A stretch of DNA of 64,000 bases from Promethearchaeota archaeon (GTDB taxonomy: Archaea; Asgardarchaeota; Lokiarchaeia; Sigyniarchaeales; SOKP01), in contig JAEOUA010000007.1 of assembly GCA_016839555.1 (NCBI GenBank), positions 64,001 to 128,000 of the forward strand, in the 5' to 3' direction. Positions within the stretch are counted from its first letter, which is position 1. Every line of letters begins with the position of its first letter. This document shows positions 59,981-64,000 of the stretch, piece by piece. A program made the translations under genes and the position numbers. A model generated the notes under the pieces. The model saw only the letters and a program-made list of their open reading frames with translations. It was not told where the DNA came from and made no database searches.

Positions 59981-60949
59981 ATGATGATTCCATTAAATGT
60001 AAAAAAGCAAATTATAAGTGAATTCGCTAAAAATAAAAAATTAACACTTGCTCAAAAAGAAAGATTACTTTTTTTAATCGCTATGACCCGAGTATCTTAT
60101 GAAATTGGGGAGCACTTTTCTAAATATATTAAAAAAAACCGCGTGGATATTCAAGCTTTTTTACATAATTTAGATTCTGAAAGTAAAAATGAAGTAAAAA
60201 TTATATTAAAAGATCTTGAATATATGAATACTTTTACAGTAATAGACACAATAAAAAGAATTTTTAACAGAGTGGATGAAATCATGGAGCATATAAACGA
60301 TATAGAAGTCATTAAAAAAAAATATGTCTTATCAATGGATTTTTATCAAGAATCCGTTTTTAAATTTAAACATGGATTAAAATTTTTACCACATGATCGT
60401 ATAAGATCTTTAGAGGATAAAGACTTTCTCGATTGTGGAGCTTTTGTTGGTGAGTCAGCTTTGATGTTTGAAAGGGATTATCACCCAAAGAAAATTTATT
60501 CCTTTGAACCACTGCTAGATAATTATACTTTGCTCCTAGATACTATAAAAATAAATAATTTAAATAAAGTTATTCCTATTAATAAGGGTGTAGGGAAAAA
60601 GAGTGGTACTGCGTATATCTGTGCTCAAGGCTCTGCTTCATATATATCTGATAAAAATGGGGATGTTAAAATAGAACTTATATCAATTGATGAATTTACA
60701 ATTGAAAGGAATCTTTCTGTTGGATTAATAAAATTAGATGTTGAAGGCTATGAATTTGCCGCATTAGAAGGAGCAAAAAAGACAATAGAAAAATTTAAGC
60801 CAGTATTATTAATTGGTATATATCATAATCCAGAGGAATTTTTTGGTACCATACGATATATTCAATCCATACTGTCAAGTTATAGGTTTAGAATTAAGCA
60901 CTTGGTTGATCTTGTACCGCTAAATGAGACCTATCTCATCGCTTGGTAA
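59981..60949 (+). CDS. FkbM family methyltransferase
   Basis: LDCGAFVG, SFEP, IKLDVEGYE...LEGAKKTI. Confidence 0.88.
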   Translation: MMIPLNVKKQIISEFAKNKKLTLAQKERLLFLIAMTRVSYEIGEHFSKYIKKNRVDIQAFLHNLDSESKNEVKIILKDLEYMNTFTVIDTIKRIFNRVDEIMEHINDIEVIKKKYVLSMDFYQESVFKFKHGLKFLPHDRIRSLEDKDFLDCGAFVGESALMFERDYHPKKIYSFEPLLDNYTLLLDTIKINNLNKVIPINKGVGKKSGTAYICAQGSASYISDKNGDVKIELISIDEFTIERNLSVGLIKLDVEGYEFAALEGAKKTIEKFKPVLLIGIYHNPEEFFGTIRYIQSILSSYRFRIKHLVDLVPLNETYLIAW

Positions 60950-60986
60950 AATTTATCGTATAAGCTTAATAATCACCAAAATTAAT

Positions 60987-61913
60987 TTATTGCTTTAATA
61001 TTACGCCTTTTTTATTCAAATTTTTCAATAAACCTTCTGTTTTTGATATTTCATCGATCATTAATGGATTTCCTTTTATCCAGAGTGCCTTTAATTTTGA
61101 TAAACTAAGTAAAGCTTCTGGAAGACTTGATAAGTGATTGTTATATAATCTTAACTCCTTAAGTGATGATAAATTTGCTATACTTTCTGGAATTTTCTTC
61201 AACTGGTTATTCCCAACCCATAATTTTTCAAGAGTTCTCAAGTTTCCAATCAATTTTGGAATTCTGGTTAGATTATTATCGTCTAAAACAAGTTTTTCAA
61301 GTGAAGAAAGGTTTCCAATCGATTCAGGAATACTGGTTAACTGATTTTCATGTAAATACAATATTTTGAGTGATGATAGGTTTCCAATGGTTTTTGGAAG
61401 AGTTTTCAGTTGATTACGCTCTAAACCAAGAGTTTTTAGTGAGGAAAGGGTTCCAATCGATTCTGGGAGATCGGTTAGTTTATTATTACTCAAACAGAAA
61501 TATTTAAGCGATTTAAGATTAGATATTGACTCTGGAAGCCTTTCTAAATAGTTATCACTTAAAAATAATGCTTGGAGTGATTCTAACTTTATTATGAATT
61601 CTGGAAAAGTCTTTAATTGATTTTCATTTAAATATAGTTTTTCAAGTGATGTAAGATTTTGGATTGATTTCGGGATAATTAATTCTCTGTGTTTATAAAT
61701 CCCAATTCCAGAAATTCGATTTTTTTTCACCGTAAATCCCATTTTAGTATACCATCTAAGTTTGTCAACTTTTCTAAATTCAGAATTTACAAGAGTTTCA
61801 AATTCTTGCAAGATATTAGCTTCGAATTGAGGTATTTTAGCGCTTCTAAAGGAAACAATTTGTTGCAATTCTGATTTCTTCTTTCTCTTTTTCAAATTTT
61901 TGAAATTATTCAT
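60987..61913 (-). CDS. Leucine-rich repeat protein
   Basis: About nine 23-aa repeats LxxLxLxxNxLxxLPESIxNL. Confidence 0.92.
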   Translation of the reverse strand: MNNFKNLKKRKKKSELQQIVSFRSAKIPQFEANILQEFETLVNSEFRKVDKLRWYTKMGFTVKKNRISGIGIYKHRELIIPKSIQNLTSLEKLYLNENQLKTFPEFIIKLESLQALFLSDNYLERLPESISNLKSLKYFCLSNNKLTDLPESIGTLSSLKTLGLERNQLKTLPKTIGNLSSLKILYLHENQLTSIPESIGNLSSLEKLVLDDNNLTRIPKLIGNLRTLEKLWVGNNQLKKIPESIANLSSLKELRLYNNHLSSLPEALLSLSKLKALWIKGNPLMIDEISKTEGLLKNLNKKGVILKQ

Positions 61914-62114
61914 ATCCCTTTCTCACTTGAAAGCTATATTCCATAATAAATTGAAAGCTTAATTGAATTGTCATTTCTATAATTGAACTGTTTCTTTGAA
62001 AATCAAGTATTTATAAATTTTTAAATTTTTATATTTGTTAAGTTTATTATATTAAATAAGAAAGCATTTTCAATGCCATCAATATCATTTCTAAAATAAG
62101 AAAAAAATTTACTA

Positions 62115-63380
62115 ATGCGAGAAATTAGGTATAATTTAGACTCCGCAATTGAACTTGCAGAAGAATTTACAACTCATAAAATTAATGAACATAACCTAAT
62201 TATTTTACCAAATAGACCAACTTGGATGGTTTTATCTGACAGAGAATTTACAATTTTCAATAAATTAATAAAAAGCAATACTCTTAGAAGCGTTTTAGAT
62301 ACATATTCCGAAAAAGAAGTTTATTCTGTTCTTTTAAAAATTGAGCAAGCGCATTTCTATAAAGATGATATATCAGCTGAAATAGATTTTCTTCCCCCTG
62401 AACTTGTGCTTAATTTAACTAATCAATGTAATTTAAGATGTGTTCATTGCTATTCTAATTCAGGGAAGAAGGAACAAGATGAACTGACAACTCAACAATG
62501 GCTAGATATTATAGACCAATATTCTACATTTGTATCTAATGGTTCGGTCACTTTAACTGGTGGAGAACCTACCCTTTTTCCAGATTTATTAACAATTTTA
62601 AAGAAATTAAAATCTAAAAATCATGAGACTGTTTTATTTTCAAATGGAACAACAAATGGAGGAAAATTTGGATGGGATAAATTATGTGAATATCTTGATT
62701 ATGTACAATTTAGTTTTGATGGATTTACCCCAGAAATTCATGATAGAATACGCGGTCCAGGTGCCTTCAATAAAGTTTTAGGAGCTTTGAAAATAGTTTA
62801 TAAATTAGATAAACCTCTTCGAATTGGAATAAGTCTAATGCCACAAAACATAGATTCAATTGTCTTAAATTTAAAAAAATTCTTAATAAAATATGATCCG
62901 GACAAAAAAATTGGGTTGATCCTTACACCAACTGTAACATTGGGAAGAAATAAAGGGGAGTATTCCATTACATTTAGAGAAGTATTTTCAAAGGTAAGAG
63001 ATGTATTAACTGAGATTTGGAATGTAGGATGGAAAATACCAAAGATTTTCAAAAAAAATGTTCGCAGAACACGATGTGGAATTGGAACCTCAATTTCAAT
63101 AACATCAACTGGAGGACTTAAACCTTGTGTCTTTTCTAAACCTACAGGACATATATTAGAAGATAAATTAATTGATTGGCATTATTGTATGCTAGAAAAG
63201 TATTCAAAAGTAAGTGTTGATAATTATGAGCAATGTAAAAACTGCGATTTAAAATATATTTGCTCTGGGGGATGTGTATTATTTTTTGAACATAGAAAGA
63301 GATGTTCTACAGATTTAGAAGAAAATAAGAAAATAAAAAAATATTTTTACGAGAGACTTATCCACGAAACCTTTATATAA
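62115..63380 (+). CDS. Radical SAM/SPASM protein with ~90-aa N-terminal extension (possible RiPP recognition element)
   Basis: CNLRCVHC, TGGEP, HDRIRG; SPASM CGIG...PC...CKNCDLKYICSGGC. Confidence 0.88.
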   Translation: MREIRYNLDSAIELAEEFTTHKINEHNLIILPNRPTWMVLSDREFTIFNKLIKSNTLRSVLDTYSEKEVYSVLLKIEQAHFYKDDISAEIDFLPPELVLNLTNQCNLRCVHCYSNSGKKEQDELTTQQWLDIIDQYSTFVSNGSVTLTGGEPTLFPDLLTILKKLKSKNHETVLFSNGTTNGGKFGWDKLCEYLDYVQFSFDGFTPEIHDRIRGPGAFNKVLGALKIVYKLDKPLRIGISLMPQNIDSIVLNLKKFLIKYDPDKKIGLILTPTVTLGRNKGEYSITFREVFSKVRDVLTEIWNVGWKIPKIFKKNVRRTRCGIGTSISITSTGGLKPCVFSKPTGHILEDKLIDWHYCMLEKYSKVSVDNYEQCKNCDLKYICSGGCVLFFEHRKRCSTDLEENKKIKKYFYERLIHETFI

Positions 63381-63462
63381 GCCAAATCTTTTTTTAAAAC
63401 ATCAAAATAATTCTTCAATCTTTAATATTATTTAAATTTTTAGTATAAAAAGGGGTGATTTT

Positions 63463-63609
63463 ATGGTAAAATATAAAAAAACTGACACAGATTTTGTTAT
63501 TAAAGTTCCAGAAGATAATGAAATGAGTCAAAAAGAAGCCTTTAATGGAGTAAATATTGGTATGTGTTATATTAAAGTCCATAACCTATGTTCTGAAACC
63601 AAAGTATAG
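63463..63609 (+). CDS. 48-aa peptide, candidate RiPP precursor
   Basis: MVKYKKTDTDFVIKVPEDNEMSQKEAFNGVNIGMCYIKVHNLCSETKV; strong GGGGTGA SD 4 nt upstream; 82 nt after the rSAM stop, same strand. Confidence 0.7.
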   Translation: MVKYKKTDTDFVIKVPEDNEMSQKEAFNGVNIGMCYIKVHNLCSETKV

Positions 63610-63721
63610 AGTTTAATTCAACTACCAAAATAAATTTTAGAGAGTGTTATTGAATAATAATCTCAGAATTTTTTATTGATTAATTTTAATATTAATTAGA
63701 AATTTAAAATCTAAGCGTGAT

Positions 63722-64000
63722 TTATTTTTCAATTTTATGCATTATTTCTTTTATTTTTGCCTTTTCAGTAGTATCGGAGATTTTTTGAAGATGCTTCCTT
63801 AAAAATCTTCTAAATTTTCTTAATATTGAAGGATTATCTTCACTTAAATTAATTTTCTCATTAGGGTCACTCTTTAAGTCGAATATGTATTCTTTATTTG
63901 ATTGCTCATCAAAAATATATTTCCAATTATTTTTTCTTATTGAAATCAATTTAAATCCATCATTTTCATTTATTCTTATTTCACCATTTTTTTGATATCC
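63722..64000 (-). CDS. C-terminal part of a sulfatase-family protein (5' end beyond the window)
   Basis: SIRKNNWKYI...IFDLKSDPNEKINL, a typical sulfatase C-terminus. Confidence 0.7.
   Translation of the reverse strand, partial: GYQKNGEIRINENDGFKLISIRKNNWKYIFDEQSNKEYIFDLKSDPNEKINLSEDNPSILRKFRRFLRKHLQKISDTTEKAKIKEIMHKIEK

Noticed and set aside
60987-61700. 69-bp periodic DNA repeats as a possible CRISPR or tandem array
   Set aside because: Explained by the 23-aa leucine-rich repeats of the protein.
1-64000. tRNA, rRNA or CRISPR arrays
   Set aside because: No GC-rich structural RNA or repeat-spacer pattern was recognised by eye; a tRNAscan/Infernal run would be needed to exclude small ncRNAs.

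Overview
Very AT-rich archaeal chromosomal segment, most consistent with Lokiarchaeia (Asgard). Supporting signs: four Rab-like small GTPases (one fused to a roadblock domain), a longin-like protein, an LRR protein, an IPGY-type C-terminal sorting motif and GGTGA-type Shine-Dalgarno sites. Most genes are acyl-CoA/fermentative metabolism (acs, two ADP-forming acyl-CoA synthetase alpha subunits, crotonases, acyl-CoA dehydrogenase, 4-hydroxybutyryl-CoA dehydratase family, AOR), plus pyrG and a vapBC pair. The hotspot is the 2-oxoacid:ferredoxin oxidoreductase operon (porG/D-porA-porB, 6379-16418), which has three anomalies. (1) porB is interrupted at 15408-15438 by a 31-nt hairpin that forms a bulge-helix-bulge (BHB) motif with both exons; cutting it at the canonical tRNA-splicing-endonuclease positions exactly restores the reading frame, making it a candidate mRNA intron in a central metabolic gene. 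(2) The PorB protein is circularly permuted through its TPP-binding motif. (3) A ~6.7-kb island sits in the first codons of porA, supplies a recoded replacement 5' end, and carries a 798-aa GIY-YIG endonuclease and a nested element with 55-bp inverted ends. Near the right end, a radical SAM/SPASM gene is followed by a 48-aa two-Cys peptide missed by the ORF track (candidate RiPP). No rRNA, tRNA or CRISPR array was recognised. All calls come from reading motifs by eye; no database searches were run.
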